From assembly GCA_963828525.1 (NCBI GenBank), contig CAWHEP010000008.1, positions 480,001 to 544,000 of the forward strand: a stretch of 64,000 nucleotides of DNA, given 5' to 3'. Shown in pieces: positions 23,328-33,401 of the stretch. The notes under the pieces are model-generated. The model was not told the DNA's origin. It saw only the letters and a list, made by a program, of their open reading frames with translations, and searched no databases. Positions within the stretch are counted from its first letter, which is position 1. The number at the start of each line of letters is the position of its first letter. The DNA is from an uncultured Verrucomicrobiae bacterium (lineage in GTDB: Bacteria > Verrucomicrobiota > Verrucomicrobiia > Chthoniobacterales > Chthoniobacteraceae). The translations under genes were made by a program, and so were the position numbers.

Positions 23328-23741
23328 TTACTTTTTCTTCTTTTTGTCGCCCGCATCCGCTGCGGCGCCGGGCTTGGGACGCTTCGCTCCGTATTTGGAA
23401 CGGCTCCGGCGGCGGCCGTCTACTCCAAGACTGTCGAGGGTGCCTCTAACTATATGGTACCGCACTCCCGGGAGATCCTTTACGCGTCCGCCGCGAACGA
23501 GGACGATGGAATGCTCCTGCAAATTGTGACCCTCACCCGGAATGTAGGCGATGACTTCCTGGCCATTCGTCAAACGAACCTTGGCGACTTTGCGGAGCGC
23601 GGAGTTGGGCTTCTTTGGAGTCCGGGTCATGACCTGGACGCAAACGCCACGCCGCTGCGGGCAGTTATTGAGCGCCGGTGATTTGGATTTCACCGTCACT
23701 TTCTTGCGTCCTTTTCGAACAAGTTGATTGATCGTGGGCAT
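23328..23741 (-). CDS. rpsL: 30S ribosomal protein S12
   Basis: [24 protein letters not shown]. Confidence 0.97.
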   Translation of the reverse strand: MPTINQLVRKGRKKVTVKSKSPALNNCPQRRGVCVQVMTRTPKKPNSALRKVAKVRLTNGQEVIAYIPGEGHNLQEHSIVLVRGGRVKDLPGVRYHIVRGTLDSLGVDGRRRSRSKYGAKRPKPGAAADAGDKKKKK

Positions 23742-23950
23742 TAAATAAGTTTCTCGCTGGTTCCTTTGAGTCCCGCGTCCGGGAAAAAACCGCCCCGTGG
23801 GCGTGAGTCCCACCGGATGCGGGGAGGCGAACTATAGGAAAAACGAAGGGCTGCGCAAGTTTAATTTAAAATAAACGCATGGGGGAATTTTTAACCACGA
23901 TGGTACCGATTGGCACGGGATGGGGACGGAGGGAGATGGAAGGCAGGGCG

Positions 23951-24565
23951 AATTCGTCACTGTGACGAATTTGGAAGCGGTCGGTTGGATTCCGGATTTT
24001 AAGGCGGAGGCGCAGAGACGAGGATTTTTAGCCACAGATTTCACGGATTTACGCAGATTGGAGAAAGAGGGATGGGGTCGGGGGGATTTCAAATTCGTCA
24101 CTGTGACGAATTTGGAGGCGGTGGGAGAAACGGGTTGGATTCCGATCTCTAACCACTGATGGCACTGATTTACGCGGATGGGGGGAGGAGAAGATTTTGA
24201 CGCGGAGGGGAGAAAGGGGAACAAGATGGGATTTTTAAGCCACAGATTTCACGGATTTACGCAGATTGGAGAAAGGCGAAGTGCAACTTCGAAGACAATG
24301 GCGCTCCCAAGCGCAACTTGGGAACGAGGGGCGGGGGGGCGGAAAAGAGGGAGGGGAGTCAGGACAAATTCGTCATTGTGACGAATTTGGGAGCGGCGGG
24401 GGAGACGGGATTCGGTGGATTGGGAGAAGGCATTGAGGTTTGAGCGCCATACTTTTTCCTCATTGCCTGGTCGTGACGCTCGAAGGCTTCGAGGAGTCTT
24501 TGGTGAAGAGGATGAGACTCGAGGCGCGGCAGTTTCAGACCAAATTCGTCACTGTGACGAATTTG
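23951..24565. repeat. four copies of palindrome (C)AAATTCGTCACTGTGACGAATTT(G)
   Basis: 23951-23971, 24090-24114, 24365-24389 (one mismatch), 24541-24565; interspersed with GCCACAGATTTCACGGATTTACGCAGATTGGAGAAAG repeats at ~24031 and ~24239. Confidence 0.95.
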
Positions 24566-25165
24566 AGGGTTTGCGGGACTTTGAATGACAGGCGCGGGTC
24601 CGGCAGCAGGCAGCTCGCCGAGCTGAGGGGCGGAATCTGGCAGGGCGTCTTCCTGCGCTTCCGCTTTACGGACCCAATCCGCTTTTGCCTTCTCCATGGC
24701 AGCGCCGAAGTTGCAGAGTTCAGCATGGGAGTAGGAATGCATGTCCGCAAGAACGCGCCTGGAGATCGATTTCAACACCCGGTTTGTTCGACGCGTAGCG
24801 AAATCAAGTCTGCGGCGGCGCCTGACCGGCAGCGCCGCCAGGCACCGGTAGGCTTCGGAAAGGGTGAATGTGAAGGAGTTATTGAGTTTGCTCTCGAAGG
24901 AGGCGCGGCGGAGGTAAAGTTCGACGTAACGCTCGGCGGTTCGAACGGAGAAAATGAACCTTGTTCTTACGTAAGGGAGCCATTCACCCTGTTGAAAATG
25001 CGGCCTGATTTCGACGAGGCGCTGGCCGATGAGGATGGCATCCTGGACGGAGCGTTTCGCGCGGGTGAAAAGATCGGCGTGCAAGGCGTTGATTTCATCG
25101 GCGTACTGCTCGACGGGGATGGAACTCTGCGGATCTGAATGGGTAATAGAAACGCAATTGGACAT
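24359..25165 (-). CDS. DUF3102-like putative DNA-binding protein
   Basis: AILIGQRLVEIR..GEWLPYV...FSVRTAERYVELY resembles DUF3102 helical domain. Confidence 0.65.
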   Translation of the reverse strand: MSNCVSITHSDPQSSIPVEQYADEINALHADLFTRAKRSVQDAILIGQRLVEIRPHFQQGEWLPYVRTRFIFSVRTAERYVELYLRRASFESKLNNSFTFTLSEAYRCLAALPVRRRRRLDFATRRTNRVLKSISRRVLADMHSYSHAELCNFGAAMEKAKADWVRKAEAQEDALPDSAPQLGELPAAGPAPVIQSPANPQIRHSDEFGLKLPRLESHPLHQRLLEAFERHDQAMRKKYGAQTSMPSPNPPNPVSPAAPKFVTMTNLS

Positions 25166-25431
25166 AATTCGCTCGGGTGAAAGTTAAGGATGGCAGGGTG
25201 ACGTCCACCTGTCAAGGTGTTTTTGGATTTTGGGAGGGAGCGGCAACGAGGGTGGTTGATCGCGGGACCGACGCATCGGCGAAGCTTCCGTGCCTCCAGC
25301 GGGTTTGCGGATGGGGAGGGGCATCTGCAGGGCATTTGTCAAACGCCCCTCCCGGATGCCTCGGCGAGGCTCTCTATCCAACGCGGGCGCCGCGATGCCG
25401 GGACCGACAGCCCAAATATTTCGGGAGGACG

Positions 25432-25912
25432 CTAAAAGTCCCCATAAAGCTTTTTCAGGGCGCGCAAGTCCTGAGCCTTTAATTTGTCAAAAGAGGACGC
25501 CATCACATCTGGAGCATTATAGACAGCCAGCTTCCGGCGCGCCCCGAACGTCGCCACGATAATCAGCGTGCCATTCCACCCTCCCTCGAACTTGACGGGA
25601 TTATCGGGGCCGCTCACGGTCGTGAGATTGATGTACAAATAACTAAAGTGTGGATCGTCCTTGAAAATCGCGACGCTGATGCCCGCTATGCACTTTGCTT
25701 TGAGAACGCTAAGAATGACTTTTTCTACGTCGGGGGGGAGGCGTAACAGTGGATTCAGAGCGCTGTAAGGCATCAACTCGCCGGAACTCCGTTCGAAGCT
25801 CGCTTGCTCGTCAAGCGAGTTAAAGTTACTCTGGACGCGCTGAAGCGCTCTCCGCTTGGCCTAAGAGAGCGAAGCAGGCCAGCGCGAGGCAGGCGGAAGA
25901 ATGGGAAGGCAT
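25432..25912 (-). CDS. exported putative immunity protein, copy 1 (1-bp frameshift)
   Basis: Signal peptide MPSHSSACLALACFALLGQAESA; starts 4 nt after HExxH CT stop. Confidence 0.6.
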
Positions 25913-25916
25913 TGTT

Positions 25917-26222
25917 CTATTCAAAGAGATGGGTCGAGAAGCCGTTGACATTCAAGATGAGGTTAAAGTCCTTCGTATTTGGTGAATGGACTTCGCCGAT
26001 GAGGGTGTTTTCCCAACCAGGGTTTGGCGAATGGCCGCTGTATTGGTCGATTGCGTTCATCAGGTGACCGGCCTCGTGTGCTACGACCAGATCCGTAGAG
26101 TTGACGGAGCGTTTCGCGCGGGCGAAAAGATCAGCGTGCAAGGCGTTGATTTCATCGGCGTACTGCTCGACGGGGATGGAACTCTGCGGATCTGAATGGG
26201 TAATAGAAACGCAATTGGACAT
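25917..26222 (-). pseudogene. chimera: DUF3102-like N-terminus fused to HExxH metallopeptidase toxin tip
   Basis: First 40 aa nearly identical to 24359-25165, then VAHEAGHLMNAIDQY..HLFE. Confidence 0.7.
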
Positions 26223-26488
26223 AATTCGCTCGGGTGAAAGTTAAGGATGGCAGGGTGACGCCCACCTGTCAAGGTGTTTTTGGATTTTGGGAGGGAGCGG
26301 CAACGAGGGTGGTTGATCGCGGGACCGACGCATCGGCGAGGCTTCCTTGCCTCCAGCGGGTTTGCGGATGGGGAGGGGCATCTGCAGGGCATTTGTCAAA
26401 CGCCCCTCCCGGATGCCTCGGCGAGGCTCTCTATCCAACGCGGGCGCCGCGATGCCGGGACCGATAGCCTAAATATTCCGGGAGGACG

Positions 26489-26967
26489 CTAAAAGTCCCC
26501 ATAAAGCTTCTGCATGTCCCGCAAGTCCTCCGCCTTGAACTTGTCAAAGGTGGGTGCAATTATCTTGTCAGTCTCATAAACCGCCAGCTTCCTATGTTCG
26601 CCGAAGGTCGCGGCGATGATCAAGGAGCCATTCCAACCTCCCTCGAACTTGACGGGATTATCGGGCGGCTCACGGTAGTGAGGGTGACATACAAGTAGCT
26701 AAAGTGCAGATCGCTTTTGAAGATCGCGAGGCTGATGCCCGCTATGCACTTTGCTTTGAGAACGCTAAGAATGACTTTTTCTACGTCGGGGGGGAGGCGT
26801 AACAGTGGATTCAGAGCGCTGTAAGGCATCAACTCGCCGGAACTCCGTTCGAAGCTCGCTTGCTCGTCAAGCGAGTTAAATAACTCTGGACGCGCTGAAG
26901 CGCTCTCCGCTTGGCCTAAGAGAGCGAAGCAGGCCAGCGCGAGGCAGGCGGAAGAATGGGAAGGCAT
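26489..26967 (-). CDS. exported putative immunity protein, copy 2 with divergent C-half (1-bp frameshift)
   Basis: Near-identical 5' half to copy 1; 26510-26730 diverged but still collinear. Confidence 0.6.
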
Positions 26968-26971
26968 TGTT

Positions 26972-27277
26972 CTATTCAAAGAGATGGGTCGAGAAGCCGT
27001 TGACATTCAAGATGAGGTTAAAGTCCTTCGTATTTGGTGAATGGACTTCGCCGATGAGGGTGTTTTCCCAACCAGGGTTTGGCGAATGGCCGCTGTATTG
27101 GTCGATTGCGTTCATCAGGTGACCGGCCTCGTGTGCTACGACCAGATCCGTAGAGTTGACGGAGCGTTTCGCGCGGGCGAAAAGATCAGCGTGCAAGGCG
27201 TTGATTTCATCGGCGTACTGCTCGACGGGGATGGAACTCTGCGGATCTGAATGGGTAATAGAAACGCAGTTGGACAT
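26972..27277 (-). pseudogene. second copy of DUF3102-like/HExxH chimera
   Basis: Essentially the same translation as 25917-26222. Confidence 0.7.
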
Positions 27278-27731
27278 AATTCGCTCGGGTGAAAGTTAAG
27301 GATGGCAGGGTGACGTCCACCTGTCAAGGTGTTTTTGGATTTTGGGAGGAGCGGCAACGAGGGTGGTTGATCGCGGGACCGACGCATCGGCGAGGCTTCC
27401 TTGCCTCCAGCGGGTTTGCGGATGGGGAGGGGCATCTGCAGGGCATTTGTCAAACGCCCCTCCCGGATGCCTCGGCGAGGCTCTCTATCCAACGCGGGCG
27501 CCGCGATGCCGGGACCGATAGCCTAAATATTTCGGGAGGACGCTAAAAGTCCCCATAAAGCTTTTTCAGGGCGCGCAAGTCCTGGGCCTTTAATTTGTCA
27601 AAAGAGGACGCCATCACATCTGGAGCATTATAGACAGCCAGCTTCCGGCGCGCCCCGAACGTCGCCACGATAATCAGCGTGCCATTCCACCCTCCCTCGA
27701 ACTTGACGGGATTATCGGGGCCGCTCACGGT

Positions 27732-28215
27732 TCCACAGCGCGAACCGATGCGCGAAATGGGCGCCGGCGGAAAAACCGAAGATGAGGATCCTGCCGACGG
27801 TGAACTTCTCCTTGCCGGCAATTTGCTGGATTGCTGCCAGTGTCTCCCCGCCACTCCCTAGAGCCGGGTAGTAATAACCCCTCCCCTCGCGGATTTCGTC
27901 CGGTGTCGTATGAAAGCTCGGGGAAACTAAGACCACCCGTTGCTGGTCGGCAAACCGCGTCCACGCTTCCTGGCTCAGAAACATCCTCCCGTCTCCGTTA
28001 AAGCCCGGCACCAAAAGCAGGAGACCGACCGAGCCTTGGGGCTCTTTTCCTGCGTGCAGCTTCTCCGGGAAGCGGTAGAAAAAGCTGACCCGGCCACTTG
28101 CCCCCGGAGTCGGGGAGACAGGCGCTTCCTGGATCGATCCGGCCAGCCCGTTCCCCTCGCCTACGATCACAGCAAGCAGCGCAAGCGTCACCCGTCGAAG
28201 AACCGATATCAACAT
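27732..28215 (-). pseudogene. secreted alpha/beta-hydrolase, 3'-truncated by repeat junction
   Basis: Signal peptide, VPGFNG, GFSAG nucleophile elbow, HFAHRF; joined to immunity fragment at 27731. Confidence 0.75.
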
Positions 28216-28321
28216 AACCCGCCTGACCTTACTGGCTGCAGACGGAGACGATCCTACCCGCGAGCGATATGAGTACGCGCCTTTAGCTTTGGTTTAAACA
28301 CTGCCCAAAGCAATGTGTCCC

Positions 28322-28903
28322 CTACCGCTCTAACAACCTGAAGCGAGGCCCATACTTTTTCGAGAAATAGTCGAACTCAGCAAGCCCCTGATAGGCACCG
28401 CCCGCATATCCGACGCTTCTTCCTGTTAGTGACAGGACTTCACCGGGGCCTCTCTCCAATGGGTACAGTATCTTACAGCGTCTCGGGTTAGTCGCTTTAG
28501 GGATCGTCCATCCGCCAAAACGCGGAGATGTGGAAACGTCGCCTTCCTCAGGAACATTAAAGTAATACCGGTTAAATACATAAATTTTTCCCCATGCATC
28601 GTCTCTCGCATCATTTGGATGGCTCGCATTTAACAGCTTCCATTTTTCCTGACTTCTTGAAAGAAAGCCCTGCACGAAGCGTCTCGCGTCTTCCTCTCGC
28701 ACCGGTCTGAACTTCCTTATAATCGCCATCAATTTCGGTCCTTGTGCGGTTATGTTGGTTTCCATCATTCCGTTCCAAGAGGGCGCCGCATCCAATTCGT
28801 TACTCAAATGTTTAACGGGATCGCCAGCTAACTGGCCCCTGCCCGGATTACCGGTAACCAAAAGGATGATGACAACCGTACTAAAAACAAATCGACAGTT
28901 CAT
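28322..28903 (-). CDS. exported putative immunity protein
   Basis: Signal peptide; starts 17 nt after cartridge stop; lower GC. Confidence 0.7.
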   Translation of the reverse strand: MNCRFVFSTVVIILLVTGNPGRGQLAGDPVKHLSNELDAAPSWNGMMETNITAQGPKLMAIIRKFRPVREEDARRFVQGFLSRSQEKWKLLNASHPNDARDDAWGKIYVFNRYYFNVPEEGDVSTSPRFGGWTIPKATNPRRCKILYPLERGPGEVLSLTGRSVGYAGGAYQGLAEFDYFSKKYGPRFRLLER

Positions 28904-28920
28904 TCGCGCCGTTCCTTAAT

Positions 28921-29199
28921 TCACTCCCAGGTCATCGTCAGCACGTGATTATAGGTATTGCGATCAGTCCAAACATCAGGCTCTGTAGTGGTGGAATTGA
29001 GGTCGAGAGCATTGAACACATACGCCCCCAGCGCCTTGCTATATGGCTTCCCGGTATAGCGTATATCCTCCGGCGCGAGCGTGGTTACGCGGAGCTTGCC
29101 GTTCATTTCGGGCGCTTCCGTCGAAGCCGCATGCGCGGCGGTTGCTCCTAGGGCGGCGAGCCCCAGGAGAATGGCGATGATGTGTTTCATTGTTTTCAT
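28921..29199 (-). pseudogene. mini-Rhs cartridge with internal deletion
   Basis: MKTMKHIIAILLGLAALGATAAHA + MNGKLRV..RYTGKPY..YVFNA then jumps to 28-aa tip ending MTWE. Confidence 0.8.
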
Positions 29200-29660
29200 G
29201 GTGTCTTTCCTGTTTGCGGCTGGAGGCTCGTTTGTGATGGAAAACCGGCGCCTCCAGCGGCGCGGGCTTTCCGGGTTGTGGCGCAACCGTCCTCGGTTTG
29301 CCAAAAGCTGTCAGCGGAGTGATCCGCAATTCGGTGTCGGACACGACGGCAAGCGTCGTCCCAAGCAGGTCGTTTATATCGTAGCTTGTGTGTCCATCCT
29401 TGATTCTGGCGATGCAGGAGCCGCCATTTACGTGGGGTTCGATCACGTCGTATTCTCCATTCACATAAATGAGGGCGAGGCCGTCCCAGAGATAATCCTC
29501 CACTGTTTCCGGAGGGCGGCCCGGGCTCTTCACGACTTGCCCGATAGCAAGCTGTCCGTCGGGCCAGTACTCGAAGGTGTTCGAGGAGCCGTCCGGTTGC
29601 GTGATCGCAAGAGCCTTGTCGAGGTAGCCGTAGCGATGCACCGCCTTTTGCTGCCCAACT
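29196..29660 (-). pseudogene. 3' fragment of YD-repeat (Rhs shell) gene
   Basis: RYGYLD, EYWPDGQL, YLWDG, NDLLGTT, LTAFG; 1 bp shorter than 31.4 kb copy near the end. Confidence 0.8.
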
Positions 29661-30089
29661 GAACTTCTCCTTGCCGGCAATTTGCTGGATTGCCGCCAGT
29701 GTCTCCGCGCCACTCCCAAGAGCCGGGTAGTAATAACCCCTGCCCGCGCGAATTTCGTCCACGGTCGTATGAAAGCTCGGGGAAACTAACACCACCCCTT
29801 GCTGGTCGGCAAACCGCGTCCCCGCTTCCTGGCTCAGAAACTTCCTCCCGTCTCCGTTAAAGCCCGGCACCAAAAGCAGGACACTGACCGACGTCCCCGG
29901 TTCCCTTCCGCGCGCTTTCTCCTGAAAGCGATAGTAAAAGTCCACCTGCCCACGAGCATCCGGACGCACGGCTACGGGGGCCTCCCGCGTCTCTCCGGCC
30001 AGCCCATTCCTCCCGCATGCAATGAGAACTAGCAGCGTGAAAAGTGGCGCTCTCCGTAGAAGCGATATCAACACGATGAGCCTGACCAC
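29661..30089 (-). pseudogene. 5' fragment of secreted alpha/beta-hydrolase
   Basis: Paralog of 27732-28215, cut after KEKF. Confidence 0.75.
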
Positions 30090-30121
30090 GCCCTGACGTT
30101 TGACCCCTTTATAAGTGGCCT

Positions 30122-30625
30122 TTATTTGTCAAAAGAATATTGCACCCCAACTCTCAAGAGTTGCAACGTGGTGATTCGCATTACCTCCTTTGCGGCTAGA
30201 GGGATAATCGGCGCAATTACCGTGTCGCCCCCGACATATGAAGCGCTACCGTCCTCCATGATATTTAGAATGGATGAGGTGTTCTCATTCACAGTCAGCT
30301 TGTCTCTCTCAAAATACTCGAATAAAAACTTGGGCATTTTTCCCCCGACCGCAGGTACTTGGTGCGCCAAAACGATCTTCTCACCCATTTTCAGCCGCGC
30401 CATAATTTTTTGGTCATTGTTAATCGTTATTATCAAAAAGCACGGCCTAGTACCGCAATTCTTGATATAGGCTCCATACTCCATTAACTCGTTCCCGCCG
30501 CCGCGCTCCTTCTTTTCGAGCGCAGAAGATTCTGATCCCTTTAGCGGCACAACGCATGCAATGATCTGAGCGCAGACCAAAGCAAACCACAGTATCGTTC
30601 TCATCCACGTTATTACTCGAACCAT
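30122..30625 (-). CDS. exported putative immunity protein
   Basis: Signal-like MRTILWFALVCAQIIAC; abuts CT stop; AT-rich. Confidence 0.7.
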   Translation of the reverse strand: MVRVITWMRTILWFALVCAQIIACVVPLKGSESSALEKKERGGGNELMEYGAYIKNCGTRPCFLIITINNDQKIMARLKMGEKIVLAHQVPAVGGKMPKFLFEYFERDKLTVNENTSSILNIMEDGSASYVGGDTVIAPIIPLAAKEVMRITTLQLLRVGVQYSFDK

Positions 30626-31429
30626 TCCAGAGCCGCAACGGCACTGTAAACTCCCTTTGATCCCAGCTTATTTTCTTCCGACCCACTTCCACCAGCACTT
30701 TCATCAGCTGGTCTCCATGTTCCATCACTGTCTAGCTCCATTCTACGAGTGGCAACCCTAAAGTTAGCTTGTGCAATCAAGATGTCTACCTGCCAAGAAG
30801 AATTGGGAACTCCATCCTTCTTCGCCGTCACTGCACCTCCCAAACTGTTGCCTTGCGCCTCCGTATAAGCAGCACCAAATGTAATCGTCTTACTGAAGCC
30901 GAGGCTGGCCCCAAACGTCGTTGTCTGTGTAATACCTACAGAACCTGTAAATTGTAAACTTTGTCCAACATCCCCGGCAGCCCCTACTCCGGTGTCAACC
31001 CACCCCATATATTGCAACAGGTACTCGTATTGGGTTCCCTGCTGCCCGTTGTAATTTGCATCAGGCACCGTGTTGCCGACTACCCAACCGACGTCATCTG
31101 GCAGCGGGGGCTGGCCCTGACTTGTTATGAGACCTGTGCTATCACAGTCATTGATGGGACGTGAGGTGTATGCGCGATTATTTACCCCGTCTGGGAACCC
31201 AGATGGATCCGCCGTCGTCCAGCGGCTCAACTGAGGATCGTACTCACGAGCATTGAACACATACGCTCCCAGCGCCTTGCTATAAGGCTTGCCGGTATAG
31301 CGTATATCCTCCGGCGCGAGCGTGGTTACGCGGAGCCTGCCGTTATTTCGGCGTCTCCGCATGCGCGGCGGTTGCTCCTAGGGCGGCGAGCCCCAGGAGA
31401 ATGGCGATGATGTGTTTCATTGTTTTCAT
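30613..31429 (-). CDS. mini-Rhs cartridge, Ser/Thr/Gly-rich CT (possible beta-pore former); frameshift near 31345
   Basis: Signal peptide, full core ..DPSGFPDGVNNRAY..DSTGL, CT ending EWFE. Confidence 0.82.
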
Positions 31430-31891
31430 GGTGTCTTTCCTGTTTGCGGCTGGAGGCTTGTTTGTGATGGAAAGCCCGGCGCCTCCAGCGGCGCGGGCTT
31501 TCCGGGTTGTGGCGCAACCGACCTCGGTTTGCCAAAGGCTGTCAGCGGAGTGATCCGTAATTCGGTGTCGGACACGACGGCAAGCGTCGTCCCAAGCAGG
31601 TCGTTTATATCGTAGCTTGTGTGTCCATCCTTGATTCTGGCGATGCAGGAACCGCCATTTACGTGGGGTTCGATCACGTCGTACTCTCCACTCACATAGA
31701 TAAGGGCGAGGCCGTCCCAGAGATAATCCTCCACTGTTTCCGGAGGGCGGCCCGGGCTCTTCACGACTTGCCCGAACGCAAGCTGTCCGTCGGGCCAGTA
31801 CTCGAAGGTGTTCGAGGAGCCGTCCGGTTGCGTGATCGCAAGAGCCTTGTCGAGGTAGCCGTAGCGATGCACCGCCTTTTGCTGCCCAACT
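31426..31891 (-). pseudogene. 3' fragment of YD-repeat (Rhs shell) gene with native stop
   Basis: Ends LRITPLTAFGKP + Pro-rich tail, TGA overlapping the cartridge ATG. Confidence 0.82.
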
Positions 31892-32302
31892 GAACTTCTC
31901 CTTGTCGGCAATTTGCTGGATAGCCGCCAGTGTCTCCGAGCCACTCCCGAGAGCCGGGTAGTAATAACCCCTCCCCTCGCGGATTTCGTCCGGTGTCGTA
32001 TGAAAGCTCGGCGAGACTAACACCGCCCCTTGCTGGTCGGCAAACTGCGTCCACGCTTCCTGGCTTAGAAACATCCTTCCGTCTCCGTTGAAGCCCGGAA
32101 CCAGAAGCAGGACACTGACCGACGTCCGCGGGTCCCTTCCGCGCGCTTTCTCCGGGAAGCGATAGAAAAAGTCCACCTGTCCACCCGCATCCGAGCGCAC
32201 GGCTACGCGCACCTCCCGCGTTTCTCCAGACAGCCCATTCCTCCCGCATGCAATGAAGACCAACAGGCCAAGAATTCTTACTGTTCGCGCCACTTGCTGC
32301 AC
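31892..32302 (-). pseudogene. 5' fragment of secreted alpha/beta-hydrolase
   Basis: Third paralog, same KEKF junction as 29661. Confidence 0.75.
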
Positions 32303-32577
32303 ATAGTCTCCTCGTCTGCCTACCTCTCATGAGAGTACGCGCTCGTCGATCCGGCAAAAAGAAGGGTGTCGCCCATCGCCGCTAGCGAACCACCTGAACC
32401 CTTACGGATCATTGCGAGATGAGCCTCCTGACGAGAGGGTAGATCACTGGCTCCTGATGAGCTCTGTGGAGTATACCCACAGATTGCCAAGTCTTGTTTT
32501 AAACCCCACGGTCATCCCTCGCGGATAGGGGCCGAGCTGCTCACCGCTCCTGCTAATGGAGGTTTGCATATACGGCA

Positions 32578-33126
32578 TCAACGCGTCGGAGGCGCGGGCG
32601 CAGGATATGCCTTCCACATTCTTGCCTGGCCCTTCAGCTCTTCAATCTTCTGCCTCTCCGCGTCCCCCTTCAATCCGAATGAAATACAGAAGAAATGCCA
32701 CTCTTCGTCGGTGATCTTCCCCAGCGCTTCGGCTACCTTCAGCTTATCCTTGCCCAGATAATTATCTCCGAATGTTTCGCCGTTCTCGCCATCGTGGCTA
32801 AACGCCATGAAACACAGGAGCACGAACCGAAACTTTTCGGGAAAGCTCAAGGAGCGGATCTCAGACATCACCTTCCCGTAATTGGCGTTTTCCATGACAT
32901 CTGGTTGCACTTCCGCAACCACCGAGGAAATGTGGGGATAGCGGGATGAATATAGCTTCCCGAGATACATTTGGAAAAAGAGAATATCCGCCTTTGGAAT
33001 CCGTACCTTCACGTAGGTTACGCCAGGCTCAGCGGCAAGCGCTCCGCTGAACGCGATGAGCAGCGCAATCGATACAACAACTCCTCTGAGACGCGCGCTT
33101 GCTTTCATTCGCATGTGCTGGTTCAC
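32578..33126 (-). CDS. putative immunity protein of Tlde1-linked family
   Basis: Signal peptide; EKFRF..DGENGETFGDNYLGKD; GTGA overlap with toxin stop. Confidence 0.78.
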   Translation of the reverse strand: MNQHMRMKASARLRGVVVSIALLIAFSGALAAEPGVTYVKVRIPKADILFFQMYLGKLYSSRYPHISSVVAEVQPDVMENANYGKVMSEIRSLSFPEKFRFVLLCFMAFSHDGENGETFGDNYLGKDKLKVAEALGKITDEEWHFFCISFGLKGDAERQKIEELKGQARMWKAYPAPAPPTR

Positions 33127-33401
33127 TCAGAAACCGTTAATGTCCCAATGAAGAATTCATGAAATATCTCTGGGTCGTTTATGTCTTTTCGATATGGGCT
33201 GGCCTTCTGATTGATATAAGTCTTCCCTTCGGACGGCGAATAGGTGAGGTCCGCCGCGATCTGCGATAGGTCAGAAGCCGATCCCACGATGCAGCCTTGA
33301 GTCTGGGTCGAGGTTCCAACATGGATCCGGAAGGCAAACCTTCCCGCATACGGGCCGTTGTCCCAAGAATCATCCAGTTTTTGATTGTCGTTGGGGTCTA
33401 A
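33123..33401 (-). pseudogene. 3' half of Tlde1-like CT interrupted by IS
   Basis: LDPND..GRFAFRIHVGTSTQTQGCIV..GTLTVSE; joins in frame to 36349-36640 across CTAA. Confidence 0.8.

Larger units (their letters stand above)
25046..27731. repeat. tandem repeat, ~1056-bp unit, about 2.5 copies
   Basis: Units start at 25046, 26103 and 27158 (GACGGAGCGTTTCGCGCGGG). Confidence 0.95.

Noticed and set aside
23951..24565. CRISPR array from the 25-bp palindromes
   Set aside because: Spacing is long and irregular, intervening DNA is itself repetitive or coding, and no cas genes are visible
25432..27731. Diversity-generating retroelement TR/VR pair
   Set aside because: Differences are not adenine-restricted and no reverse transcriptase is in the window
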